From assembly GCA_965219445.1 (NCBI GenBank), contig CBDCNQ010000004.1:928001-992000 (forward strand): a stretch of DNA of 64,000 bases, given 5' to 3'. The notes under the pieces were generated by a model. That model was not told the origin of the DNA. It saw only the letters and a program-made list of their open reading frames with translations, and did no database searches. The position numbers and the translations under genes were made by a program. Within the stretch, counting starts at the first letter, position 1, and each line of letters begins with the position of its first letter. Below are positions 38,312-47,812 of the stretch, piece by piece. Source of the stretch: Longimicrobiales bacterium (GTDB taxonomy: Bacteria; Gemmatimonadota; Gemmatimonadetes; Longimicrobiales; Gaopeijiaceae).

Positions 38312-40141
38312 TTAATCCCTATGACCAAGCCTTTCGCGGACTGCCCGGAAGCGGGGCTCGTCCAAGACCGGATGAGAATAGGCGTTCGACTTTATGTGCG
38401 TCACGCTGAAATAGCCTACATAGGGCTCGGGGCTATCGGCGGCCGTATTCAGCCAATGAAGCGCTTGCTCATCGTCGCCCAGCGCCAGGTAGCCCGTTAC
38501 CCAGGCAGCGCTCGGAATACGGTGGGTCTTCGCCGTCTCTTCTAGCCGATGGAAAATTCTTTCTGCGTCTTCCCGATGCCCACATCGCGAATAGTTAAAC
38601 GCCAACTCACCCAGAAAGACGGGATTGACATCGTCGCGCAGGAGTTGCTCGGCAATCTGAGTGTGCATTAGCGTCTCGGCATGGTTGCCTTGAGCAAACC
38701 CCTGAATCCCGAGCATGAGATGCGCGAGACCAAATGTCGGGGACAGCTCCACCGCACGGCGCTGCCCATCAATGGCTGCGTCGTGATCGCCACTGTGCAT
38801 GTATATGACAGCCATCCAAGAGTGTCCGAAAGCACTGTTCGGATCGAGTGTTATCGCCCGTTCCCCGAGCTCGATCGCCTCCTCCGTACGGCCGATAAGC
38901 GCACAGAAGACGGCGTAGTCCATAAGCACTTCGGGATCGTTTGGACTGAGCCGCAATGCGTGGCCGTAAGCTTCCCGAGCGTCCGATCCACGCCAGTTGA
39001 ACTGATGGATTCGGGCGAGGGCACCATGCGCGGCTCCCGCGCTGGGGTCGAGCTCCAAGGCTTGCCGCAGATCCCCGAGAGCGAGACCCTCCAGCTCGGC
39101 TCGGCGACTGGCGTAATTCTCGTGGATTCCCGGATCCTGGTTTAGCATGGACAGATAAACACGCGCCCGCTCGACATACGCCATCGCGAAGTCAGGATCG
39201 AACGCTATCGCCTGGTCCAGGTAGGATCGACTACTCGAGCGCAGCTCTGGATGCCCGCCCACTACACCCCCGTGCTCCTGGAGGATCGCCAGCGCCCGCA
39301 AGTAAAGGGCATAAGCCTCAGGTGACTTCGTGGGCGGCTTCTCTATGCTTTCTTTCTCAGCCACGGAGAACTCCGCCTCGAGCGCCTCGGCGATCTTCGC
39401 TGCAACGTCCGCCTGGATCGCGAAGACATCGGCGAGATCCCGCTCGTAGACCTCCGACCACAGGTGATCTTGTGTCGCCGCATCGATCAGCTGCGCCGTC
39501 ACGCGCACACGCTCTCCCGCATATCGTACGCTTCCCTCCATGACCGTGCCGACCCCGAGCTCTGCGGCGATCTCGGCTATCGACTTGTCTGTGTCACGGT
39601 ACTTCTTGACCGAAGTGCGGGCGATGACACTGAGGTCCTTGATCTTCGTCAGGCAATTGAGGATCTCCTCATGAATGCCGGCCGCGAAATACGCGTCGGC
39701 CGGGTTGGGGCTCAGGTTCTCCAAGGGCAGAACTGCTACCGAGTTACGAAGAATTTCCGGCCGCGGTCTTATCGATTCTGCCGGCGGACTTGGTGCCGTT
39801 CGCTCGGGGCTCGGCGCCGGCTGTTCGGGACTCGGTGCCGGCCGCTCGATGCTCGGCGCCGGCTGCTGAGGCGTGCCGAGGGAGACGCCGGTCTCCGAGA
39901 CCGCATCACTGGCCGGTGTACGAACCACCCCTGCGGGCGTGAGATCGAACGCCCAGGCGAGAACCACGGCGATGGGAAACCCCACCGCGAGCAGAACGAT
40001 AATGACCGTATCGAACCAGGCCGGTAAATTCAGCGGATCGTTTACGACATCAATGATCTGAATGAGCAGCCAAGCCACCACTGTATAGACGGCGGCGACC
40101 TGAAAGACTTTGCGTCTCTTGATTTCCCCCAGAAAAGACAA
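38312..40141 (-). CDS. Membrane-anchored TolB_N-like plus TPR protein (adenylate cyclase-associated type)
   Basis: EIKRRKVFQVAAVY N-terminal TM pair, SVAVLPLENLS...YFAAGIHEEIL, then TPRs. Confidence 0.85.
   Translation of the reverse strand: MSFLGEIKRRKVFQVAAVYTVVAWLLIQIIDVVNDPLNLPAWFDTVIIVLLAVGFPIAVVLAWAFDLTPAGVVRTPASDAVSETGVSLGTPQQPAPSIERPAPSPEQPAPSPERTAPSPPAESIRPRPEILRNSVAVLPLENLSPNPADAYFAAGIHEEILNCLTKIKDLSVIARTSVKKYRDTDKSIAEIAAELGVGTVMEGSVRYAGERVRVTAQLIDAATQDHLWSEVYERDLADVFAIQADVAAKIAEALEAEFSVAEKESIEKPPTKSPEAYALYLRALAILQEHGGVVGGHPELRSSSRSYLDQAIAFDPDFAMAYVERARVYLSMLNQDPGIHENYASRRAELEGLALGDLRQALELDPSAGAAHGALARIHQFNWRGSDAREAYGHALRLSPNDPEVLMDYAVFCALIGRTEEAIELGERAITLDPNSAFGHSWMAVIYMHSGDHDAAIDGQRRAVELSPTFGLAHLMLGIQGFAQGNHAETLMHTQIAEQLLRDDVNPVFLGELAFNYSRCGHREDAERIFHRLEETAKTHRIPSAAWVTGYLALGDDEQALHWLNTAADSPEPYVGYFSVTHIKSNAYSHPVLDEPRFRAVRERLGHRD
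39786..39869. repeat. Four imperfect 21-bp tandem repeats encoding a (PAPSxEx)n linker
   Basis: Units start at 39786, 39807, 39828 and 39849. The protein reads QPAPSIERPAPSPEQPAPSPERTAPSP. Confidence 0.85.
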
Positions 40142-40172
40142 ACTCGCTCCAGATTATTGATGCACAGTGGGC

Positions 40173-41975
40173 TCAGTCTCTGCTCGGTAGTGCGAACACG
40201 AACAGGCTGGTGCCCCTGCTCGGACGGAGCTCGGGTGTCAGATTCATCGATCCGGCCCCGGTGTTGACCGCCACGTACTGGCGTCCGTCGACGGCGTAGG
40301 TGATCGGATAGCCGCTGACCGATGAGCCCAGATTGATCTCCCAAAGAACCTCGCCCGTCTCGTCGTCGAAGGCCCGGAACCGTCCGTTGGAATCGCCACC
40401 GAAGACGAGCCCGCCGCCGGTCGCCACGAGTGACATCGTGCCGGCCCGCTGCTCGTGGAGCCACCTCGTCTCGCCGGTCTCCACCGAGATGGCTCGCACG
40501 GTCCCGAGATTGTCGGTGTCGGGAGCGACCTGATGTCGTGCTGCGAGCGAGTAGATCGCGAGGCCGGCCTGTCCGCCGGCCGTCAGGGCCTGTGCCCGGA
40601 CGCTCTCGAAGTCGGCCGTGGCCAACATCTGCGCACAGGTGTTGCGCAGCGGGTAGTACATCGCGCGGGTCAGGGGGCTGTAGGCGCCGGCTTCCCAGTC
40701 CTTGCCGCCCGCCCAGGTGGGGCAGACGAACACTTCCTGCTCCGACTCCCGGAAGACGACCTCCTGATTTACCGTCACCGCGCCGGTGGCGCCGTCGATA
40801 TTGTCGATCACGTTCTGGCGGACCGTGGGTGTCGCCCAGAGAAACTCACCGGTCTCGCGATCGAGCGTGTAGACTAATCCGGTCTTGCCGGGAATACCGG
40901 TAATCACCTTGCGGACCTCTCCCGATTGGAGCCGCGGATTGATCCAGCTCACCGCATCCGGGTCTGGCGCGACCGGAGTGTCGACGAGGAGCCGCTCGAA
41001 AGGATGGTCGAGATCCCAGTGGTCGTTCAGGTGCTGGTAGTACCACCGGATCTCGCCGGTCTCGACCTCGAGTGCGAGCGTGGAGTTGTGGTACAGGTGT
41101 GTGTTTTCCGTGCCGCCCAGGTAGAACTTCGGCGCGGGTGAGGTTACCGACGTGCCCATGTAGATCAGCTCCAGCTCGGGATCGTAGCTCGGCACCATCC
41201 AGGCGCCGACGTGTTGCCGCCCCTCGAACGGGACGTCGCCCCATGTCTCGTCCCCCGGCTCTCCCGGGGCCGGAATGAGACGTCGCCGCCACAGCTCCGC
41301 ACCCGTGCGTGCATCGTGGGCTGCGATGATGCAGGCGTTCGGTCCACCCCACGGCCGGCAGCTGCGCCCCGAGATGACCCTGCCGTCCGCGATGATCGGG
41401 CCCGAGCTGTGCGTGGCCGAGTTGACCTGATAGTCGAAGATCTGCGTTTCCCAAACGGTCTCGCCGGTCAGAGCGTCGAGCGCGAACACGTGGTTGTCGT
41501 CGCTGGTGTTGATGATCAGTCGGTCGTAGATGGCAACGTTACGGTTGTTGCGGGCATTGCCCCCGACCAAGCCGTAGAGGTCCTCCGGCAAGTCGCGGCT
41601 ATACTCCCATATGAGGTCGCCGGTCACAGCGTCAAGCGCCTGAATGACGTCCTCCGCCTGCGGCATGTACAGGACGCCGCCGTATGCCAACGGGGTCACT
41701 TCACCGGTGCGAGCCGCCAGGTCTCGGGTCCAGACCATCTGGAGCTCGCCCACGTTGTCCCGGTTGACCTGATCGAGTGGGCTGTAGCCCCAACTGTCGA
41801 GCGTCCGGCGCCACATGAGCCAGTCCTCTGGTGCCGGGTCTTGGAGCATCGCGTCCGTGACCGGGATGAAGTCGACGGATGACTGCGCCTCGGCGGACGG
41901 GGACAAAGCAAGGGTCACCCAAACCAGTGCCAGCCCACCCACCGCGAGACGTCGCGGCCACGAACGTGTGCCCAT
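40173..41975 (-). CDS. PQQ-binding beta-propeller dehydrogenase
   Basis: GGAGG RBS before ATG 41975 and a signal peptide. WLMWRRTLDSWGYSPLDQ and DHWDLDHPFE. Confidence 0.9.
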   Translation of the reverse strand: MGTRSWPRRLAVGGLALVWVTLALSPSAEAQSSVDFIPVTDAMLQDPAPEDWLMWRRTLDSWGYSPLDQVNRDNVGELQMVWTRDLAARTGEVTPLAYGGVLYMPQAEDVIQALDAVTGDLIWEYSRDLPEDLYGLVGGNARNNRNVAIYDRLIINTSDDNHVFALDALTGETVWETQIFDYQVNSATHSSGPIIADGRVISGRSCRPWGGPNACIIAAHDARTGAELWRRRLIPAPGEPGDETWGDVPFEGRQHVGAWMVPSYDPELELIYMGTSVTSPAPKFYLGGTENTHLYHNSTLALEVETGEIRWYYQHLNDHWDLDHPFERLLVDTPVAPDPDAVSWINPRLQSGEVRKVITGIPGKTGLVYTLDRETGEFLWATPTVRQNVIDNIDGATGAVTVNQEVVFRESEQEVFVCPTWAGGKDWEAGAYSPLTRAMYYPLRNTCAQMLATADFESVRAQALTAGGQAGLAIYSLAARHQVAPDTDNLGTVRAISVETGETRWLHEQRAGTMSLVATGGGLVFGGDSNGRFRAFDDETGEVLWEINLGSSVSGYPITYAVDGRQYVAVNTGAGSMNLTPELRPSRGTSLFVFALPSRD

Positions 41976-42112
41976 GCGAGCCTCCCTGATGTGTCGGCAA
42001 TCATACCATGTCCCGAGTCGCATCGCGACAGGACGAACAGACAGGTGTGCGGGTTTCAACCCTCAATCCGCTCGGTGACGGCCGGATCGGAAAAACGTTT
42101 CGTCCCCTGCAA

Positions 42113-43240
42113 CTACAGCGCGATCACGATCTTCCCAAGGTGGCTCCCACTGGCCATGTGCTCGTATGCCGCGGGCGCGTCCTCGAAGGAAAATACCCTG
42201 TCGATGATCGGGCGCAGCCGATGTTGGGTGATGAAGGCGTTCATCGCCTCGAAGTCCTCCCTCGATCCCACGTAGATTCCCGTCACCGAAGTCCCGCGGC
42301 CGATGAACGAACCGAGGGGCATGTCGTTGGCGGAGCCCGACAGGCCTCCGATGATCGCGATATGGGCGCCGTATCCGATTGCCCGCATGGCCCTGGGCAG
42401 TGTTTCGCGGCCGCCCACTTCGAGGACTTGGGTGACGCCCGCGTCGTCGGTGATGTCCCGCACCTCGTCCTGCCACTCGAGGTTGGTCCGGTAGTTGACG
42501 GTGCCGTACGCCCCCAGCTCGCGAGCACGTACCAGCTTTGCGTCGCTCGAGCTCGTAATGATCGGCCTCGCTCCAGCGGCCACCGAGAACTGAAGCCCGA
42601 AGATGGAGACGCCGCCCGTGCCTTCCAACAGGACGAAGTCGTCTTCGGACAGATCTCCATGTTTGAAGAGCGCGTTCCACGCGGTCAGACCCGCGCAGGG
42701 GAGGGTGGCGGCCTCCTCGAACGTGAGGTGCCCCGGTATCTCGACGAGCCCGTCCTCATGACTGACGATCATCTCCGAGAGCATGCCGTCGATCGCGCCG
42801 CCTCTTGCCGATGCGTTCGTGAGGGCGCTCCGTCTTCCGTCGATCCAGCGAGCGAAGAAGGTCCCGGCCACGCGATCCCCGACCTCGAAGCGGGCGACGC
42901 CGGGTCCTACGCCGATGACCTCCCCCGCACCGTCCGAGAGAGGCACGAGGCCGGTTCGCGGGCTCCCGCCGCCATACTGCGACTCGAGGATGGAAAGGTC
43001 TCGCCGGTTCAGGGACGTGGCTCGTACTCGGACCAGGACTTCGTTGGCGCCCGGAACGGGACGGTCCACTTCCTTCATCACGAGGGCGACCTCGGCGTCG
43101 ACCATGCCGAACTGGTACTGCCGCATGGTCTCGGCCTGGGCGCCCGTGGCCGGGTCTGGACTCGCGAGCAGCGTGGCCAGCGTGCCGGCCCGCACGACCT
43201 GTTGGAAGCGAGAGGTCCTCCGGAAGAAGTTTGTCTTCAT
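42113..43240 (-). CDS. NAD(P)-dependent medium-chain dehydrogenase/reductase (zinc-binding ADH superfamily)
   Basis: SLNRRD, PLSDGAGEV, EAATLPCAGLTAW, GTGGVS and HLGKIVI. N-terminal leader ends AQA. Confidence 0.9.
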   Translation of the reverse strand: MKTNFFRRTSRFQQVVRAGTLATLLASPDPATGAQAETMRQYQFGMVDAEVALVMKEVDRPVPGANEVLVRVRATSLNRRDLSILESQYGGGSPRTGLVPLSDGAGEVIGVGPGVARFEVGDRVAGTFFARWIDGRRSALTNASARGGAIDGMLSEMIVSHEDGLVEIPGHLTFEEAATLPCAGLTAWNALFKHGDLSEDDFVLLEGTGGVSIFGLQFSVAAGARPIITSSSDAKLVRARELGAYGTVNYRTNLEWQDEVRDITDDAGVTQVLEVGGRETLPRAMRAIGYGAHIAIIGGLSGSANDMPLGSFIGRGTSVTGIYVGSREDFEAMNAFITQHRLRPIIDRVFSFEDAPAAYEHMASGSHLGKIVIAL

Positions 43241-43393
43241 GACTCAGCTCACAGAGTTGTGGTCGAGGCCCATCAACATGCAGTGCTTTTCCGTGGCCGC
43301 CAAGCCGGATCAAGGGCATCTGGGGCGGGGCTTCTGCTTGCGCCTACCGGCCAACTCTCGGATGTTGACCGCAGTCTGACCCGGAGTCCGCCC

Positions 43394-46051
43394 ATGTCCG
43401 ATCCCATCGCCCGCATCAACGTAGCCCTGGAAGGCCGCTACGCCATCGAGCGAGAGCTGGGCGAGGGCGGCATGGCCACGGTCTATCTGGCCGACGACCT
43501 CAAGCACGAACGCAAGGTCGCGCTGAAGGTCCTCAGGCCCGAGCTCGCCGCGGTCGTCGGTGCCGAACGCTTCCTGGCCGAGATCAAGACGACGGCGAAC
43601 CTCCAGCACCCGCATATCCTGCCGCTGTTCGATTCGGGCGAAGCCGGCAGCTTTCTCTTCTACGTCATGCCTTACGTGGAAGGCGAGACCCTCGCGGACC
43701 GCATCGACCGCGAGAAACAATTACCGGTGGACGAGGCGATGCAGATCGCAACGGCTGTGGCGAACGCACTGGATCACGCCCATCGGAACAAGGTCATCCA
43801 CCGCGACATCAAGCCCGCCAACATCCTGCTTCAAGACGGTGAGCCGGTGGTCTCGGACTTCGGGATCGCTCTGGCGGTTGGGGTCTCTGGCGGGCGGCTG
43901 ACGGAAACCGGCCTGAGCGTGGGCACGCCCCACTACATGAGTCCCGAGCAGGCGACCGGCGACCAAACGGTCGGTGCTGCGACGGACATCTACGCTCTCG
44001 GGGCGGTTCTCTACGAGATGTTGGTTGGCGACCCGCCTTATGTGGGGAGCACGGCTCAGGCGATCCTCGGCAAGATCATCGCGGGGAAGCTCGCGTCGGC
44101 GACCGAAGAGCGGGCATCGGTCCCCAGCAACGTGGACGCGGCGATCAGAAGGGCGCTGGAGAAGCTCCCGGCAGACCGCTTCACAGGCGCACAGGACTTC
44201 GCCAAGGCGCTGGCAGATCCCGCGTTCCGGCACGGTGACGAAGCGGTCGCAACCGCCACGGCCACCGTCGGCTCGTGGAAGCGCGTGGCGATTGCCACGT
44301 CGGCACTGTCCGTGGTCCTGGCGGCGGGCCTGGGATGGGCGCTCATGGGTGACAACGCGGCACCACCCCTGACCCGCTTCACCGTTCCACCCCCGGATGG
44401 TCTCAACTTGGGTGGGGTCTGCTGCGGCCCCGTGACAGCGCTCTCCCCGGACGGGGAGTGGCTGGCCTTCGTCGGGATCGGCGGAGGTCCCGTGTATCGC
44501 CGCAGACTCGGGCAGCTCGAAGCCGAGGAGGTGCCCGGAACGGAGGGAGCCTCCATCCCGTTCTTCTCCCCGGACGGGCGCTGGCTCGGCTTCCACTCCG
44601 GCGCGCGACTCCTCAAGGTCCCGATGAGCGGCGGTCCGCCGGTACCGATCACCGAGACACCGTCGGCAGGGGGAGCCAGTTGGGGTGACAACGACGTCAT
44701 CGCGTTCGTTGACAATAGCACCGGTACCGGTGCGCTCTTCACGGTTCCGGGCGCGGGGGGCGTGGCGACTCCGGTCTTGGGGCCCAGCGACGGGGTTGAG
44801 TACAATTTTCCGTGGATGTTGCCGGGAGGCGAAGCCGCGCTCATGACGGTGCGAGCTGGTAACCCCGCGGAACTCCGCATGGTCGTCGTCGATCTGGAGA
44901 CCGGCGCGGCGGACACACTCGGGTTCGGTACGCGGGCGGCCTACGCCTCCGGCCACCTCGTCTTCTCGGGTTCGGACGGCACGCTGCTGGCCCAGCCATT
45001 CGATCCGGAGACCCGCCGCACCACGGGGCAATCCGTCGCGATCCTCGACGGCGTCGCCCTCTCGGGCCCGGGGCTCGGCCAGTTCGCGCTGTCGGCTCAG
45101 GGGGGGCTGGCGTACGAGGCCGGCGGGGGGGCGGGAGGGAATACCCTGGTCATCGAAGGCCCGGGCGGGTCTGCTGCGGTGAGCCTCCCCGAGCAAGGCA
45201 ACATCGAGGATCCCGCGTTCTCGCCCGACGGACGGCGCATCGCCATGCGGTTCGTGAACGTAGGCGAGAACCAGGACATCTGGATCTTCGACCGCGACCA
45301 GGGGACGCTCGAGCGTCTCACCGAGGAAGGCTCCCAGAACGCGGTGCCGGTGTGGACGCCCGAGGGCGCGCGTATCGCCTTCGCTAGCGTCCGAGACGGT
45401 GAGCCCCCCCAGCTCTACTGGCAGCCAGCCGACGGCAGCGGATCCGCCGAACGGCTGCTGGCGACGGACTTCCGAACGATGCCGGGCTCGTGGTCCCCGG
45501 ACGGGCAGACGCTGGCGTTCGTCGGAGAGCGCAACGGGAGCTGGGACGTCGGGCTGCTCACGCTAGGGGACTCGACGCCCCGCTGGATCCTCGAGACCGA
45601 GTTCAACGAGCTCCAGCCGCAGCTGTCGCCTGACGGGCTCTGGCTCGCATACACGTCCGGCCGCTCGGGCGAACAGGAGGTCTACGTGGAGGCCGCGAGC
45701 GGGGAAGGCCGCCGGGCCCAGGTGTCGATCGACGGAGCCCACTCCCCGCGCTGGGCGCCCGACGGCGACGTCCTCTACTACGCGACCGGGGACGGCGGCC
45801 AGGCCGGCACCATCATCGCGGCCACGGTCTCAACGGACGGGGGCTTCCGCGTAACGTCGCGCGTCGAGCGATTCGAGGTGAGCGATCTGAACAGCTTGAA
45901 CGTGCCCGGACAGGCCCCGAGCGTGAACTACGACGTGCACCCCGAGGGAGAGGAGTTCGTGCACATCAGGCTAGTGGGTGCCGGGGGACAGACTCTCATC
46001 TGGATCCTCAACTGGCCCGAGATCGTCCGGGAGATGACGAGCGTACGGTGA
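43394..46051 (+). CDS. Hanks-type Ser/Thr protein kinase with TM segment and C-terminal TolB-like (PD40) beta-propellers
   Basis: True start is ATG 43394. GEGGMATVY, HRDIKPANIL, DFG, YMSPEQ and repeated SPDG motifs. Confidence 0.95.
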   Translation: MSDPIARINVALEGRYAIERELGEGGMATVYLADDLKHERKVALKVLRPELAAVVGAERFLAEIKTTANLQHPHILPLFDSGEAGSFLFYVMPYVEGETLADRIDREKQLPVDEAMQIATAVANALDHAHRNKVIHRDIKPANILLQDGEPVVSDFGIALAVGVSGGRLTETGLSVGTPHYMSPEQATGDQTVGAATDIYALGAVLYEMLVGDPPYVGSTAQAILGKIIAGKLASATEERASVPSNVDAAIRRALEKLPADRFTGAQDFAKALADPAFRHGDEAVATATATVGSWKRVAIATSALSVVLAAGLGWALMGDNAAPPLTRFTVPPPDGLNLGGVCCGPVTALSPDGEWLAFVGIGGGPVYRRRLGQLEAEEVPGTEGASIPFFSPDGRWLGFHSGARLLKVPMSGGPPVPITETPSAGGASWGDNDVIAFVDNSTGTGALFTVPGAGGVATPVLGPSDGVEYNFPWMLPGGEAALMTVRAGNPAELRMVVVDLETGAADTLGFGTRAAYASGHLVFSGSDGTLLAQPFDPETRRTTGQSVAILDGVALSGPGLGQFALSAQGGLAYEAGGGAGGNTLVIEGPGGSAAVSLPEQGNIEDPAFSPDGRRIAMRFVNVGENQDIWIFDRDQGTLERLTEEGSQNAVPVWTPEGARIAFASVRDGEPPQLYWQPADGSGSAERLLATDFRTMPGSWSPDGQTLAFVGERNGSWDVGLLTLGDSTPRWILETEFNELQPQLSPDGLWLAYTSGRSGEQEVYVEAASGEGRRAQVSIDGAHSPRWAPDGDVLYYATGDGGQAGTIIAATVSTDGGFRVTSRVERFEVSDLNSLNVPGQAPSVNYDVHPEGEEFVHIRLVGAGGQTLIWILNWPEIVREMTSVR

Positions 46052-46113
46052 CGACTTCCGATGCCGTCAGCCGCATTAACACAGCCCTAGAAGGCCAAGG
46101 AGTGATGTCATGA
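46048..46113 (+). other. 21-codon mini-ORF homologous to the kinase N-terminus, coupled to both neighbouring genes
   Basis: VTTSDAVSRINTALEGQGVMS*. Its GTG overlaps the kinase stop (GTGA) and its TGA overlaps the next ATG (ATGA). Confidence 0.7.
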
Positions 46114-47782
46114 GTCGAACGCCCCTCTATGCGAATCGCGCAAAGTTCTGGAACCTGCTTCTTACGACCGTTTTCGTGGCGAGCACGACGGCATGTGCGT
46201 ATGGGGGGGACGATGGGGGAGCCGCGGTCGCGGTCACGGACGGCAGCGGTGCCGCGATGGGAAGCGTGGCCTTCCCCGTCTCGTGCGGCGAGGAGGCCAG
46301 CGCCGAGATGCGACTCGGGTTGGCGCTGCTTCACAACATGACCTATCCAGAGGCAGAGGCCGTATTCAGGCGTGCAGCCGAGTCCCGAGCCATCCTGCGC
46401 GTTGGCCTACTGGGGGCAAGCGATGACCTACCTTCACCCCCTCTGGCCGGACAATCCCACTGCGGAGCAGTTCGATCGCGGTTGGGAGCTGCTGCAGGAG
46501 GCCCGCAGTCAGGGCCTACCGACGCCGCGGGAAGAGGCGTACGTGACTGCGCTCGAGGCGTACTACCGGGATGCGAGCCAGCGGGATGAGACCACTCGGT
46601 TGGCGACCTACGAGGATGCATGGGCCCAGGTCCGCGCAGACTATCCGTCTGACCAGCGAGGCAGCCCTGTTCAGTGCCCTTGCGTTGATCGCCACCGCCT
46701 CGGGTGCCGCGGACGGGCTCGACCGGCGGGTCGACGCCGGTTCCATCGCGGAGGCGGTGCTCCAGGCCATCCCCGACCATCCGGGAGCGCACCACTATGT
46801 GATTCACGCTTTCGACATGCCTTCCCTGGCCGACCGTGCCCTTCCGGTTGCCCGGCGGTACGGGAACGTGGCGCCCGACAACTCGCACGCGTTACACATG
46901 ACCTCACACATCTTCACGAGGCGGGGCCTGTGGGGGGAGTCGATCACCTACAATACACGAGCGGCAGACTTGGCTGGGCCGGTCGACGGTGCAGTCTCAG
47001 GTCCGCGACTCCATGCCATCGACTACCTCGTGTATGCACGCCTGCAGCGTGGCGAGGATGATGCCGCTCGGGAGGTGCTCGACGGGGTGAACGCGATCGA
47101 CGGCCCCATCGAGGACCACGCGGCCGCGATCTACGCTCTTGCTGCGGTCGAGTCCAGGCTGGCGCTCGAGCGACACCGGTGGGCGGACGCCGCGGATGTG
47201 AAGGTCCGCCAACCGGCTGCCGTCGCTTGGGACAGGTATCCACACCTGGAGGCGATTCCGTGGTTCGCCCGTGCCCTGGGCGCGGCACACACCGGGGATC
47301 TGCAGGCCGCCCGCCGATCGGCTGAACGGCTCGCCGAACTTGAGACGGCCGCGGCGGGCGTCCCCGACGCGTACGATTGGGCTGCCCAGGTCAGAATCCA
47401 ACGGATGGGGGCACTGGCCTGGATCGCGCTCGCGGAGGGCCGAACAGACGAGGCCGTCTCGCTCATGACCGAGGCCGCCGAGCTCGAGGCTACCACCGAG
47501 AAGAACCCGGTCACGCCTGGAGGGGTGCTCCCTGCTGGAGAGCTTCTGGGCGACATGCTCATGGAGCTCAACCGGCACGTCGAGGCGCTGGAGGCCTATA
47601 CCGCCGAGCTGGAGCGAACCCAGAATCGGTTCAACAGCCTGTACGGGGCTGGTCTCGCTGCCGAAACCTTCGACAGGGAGATCGCCGCGGGCTACTACTA
47701 TCAGCTCCTCGAGGTGGCAGGCACGGAGGTCACGAGACTGGCGCCGCTGGAGCACGCCGAGGCGTTTCTCGCGGAGGGATAA
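46110..47782 (+). pseudogene. Exported TPR-like protein with conserved His motifs; two +1 frameshifts (about 46385 and 46653)
   Basis: Three overlapping ORFs join into one protein with GLALLHNM, CALAYWG, PDHPGAHHYVIH, HALHMTSHIF and LHAIDYLVY if one C is removed at each site. Confidence 0.8.
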
Positions 47783-47812
47783 GCCGTTTTAGGTTACCGC
47801 CCTCTCTCACCC

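Noticed and set aside
39786..39869. Tandem repeats considered as a CRISPR-like array
   Set aside because: There are no spacers. They are in-frame 21-bp coding repeats forming a Pro-rich linker, and no cas genes are present.
42059..42091. Minus-strand SDPAVTERIEG after the MDR stop
   Set aside because: Too short and divergent to separate from chance.
42008..43393. 1347-aa ORF suggesting a long N-terminal extension on the kinase
   Set aside because: The first 462 codons are mostly the antisense shadow of the MDR gene. The kinase family start is ATG 43394.
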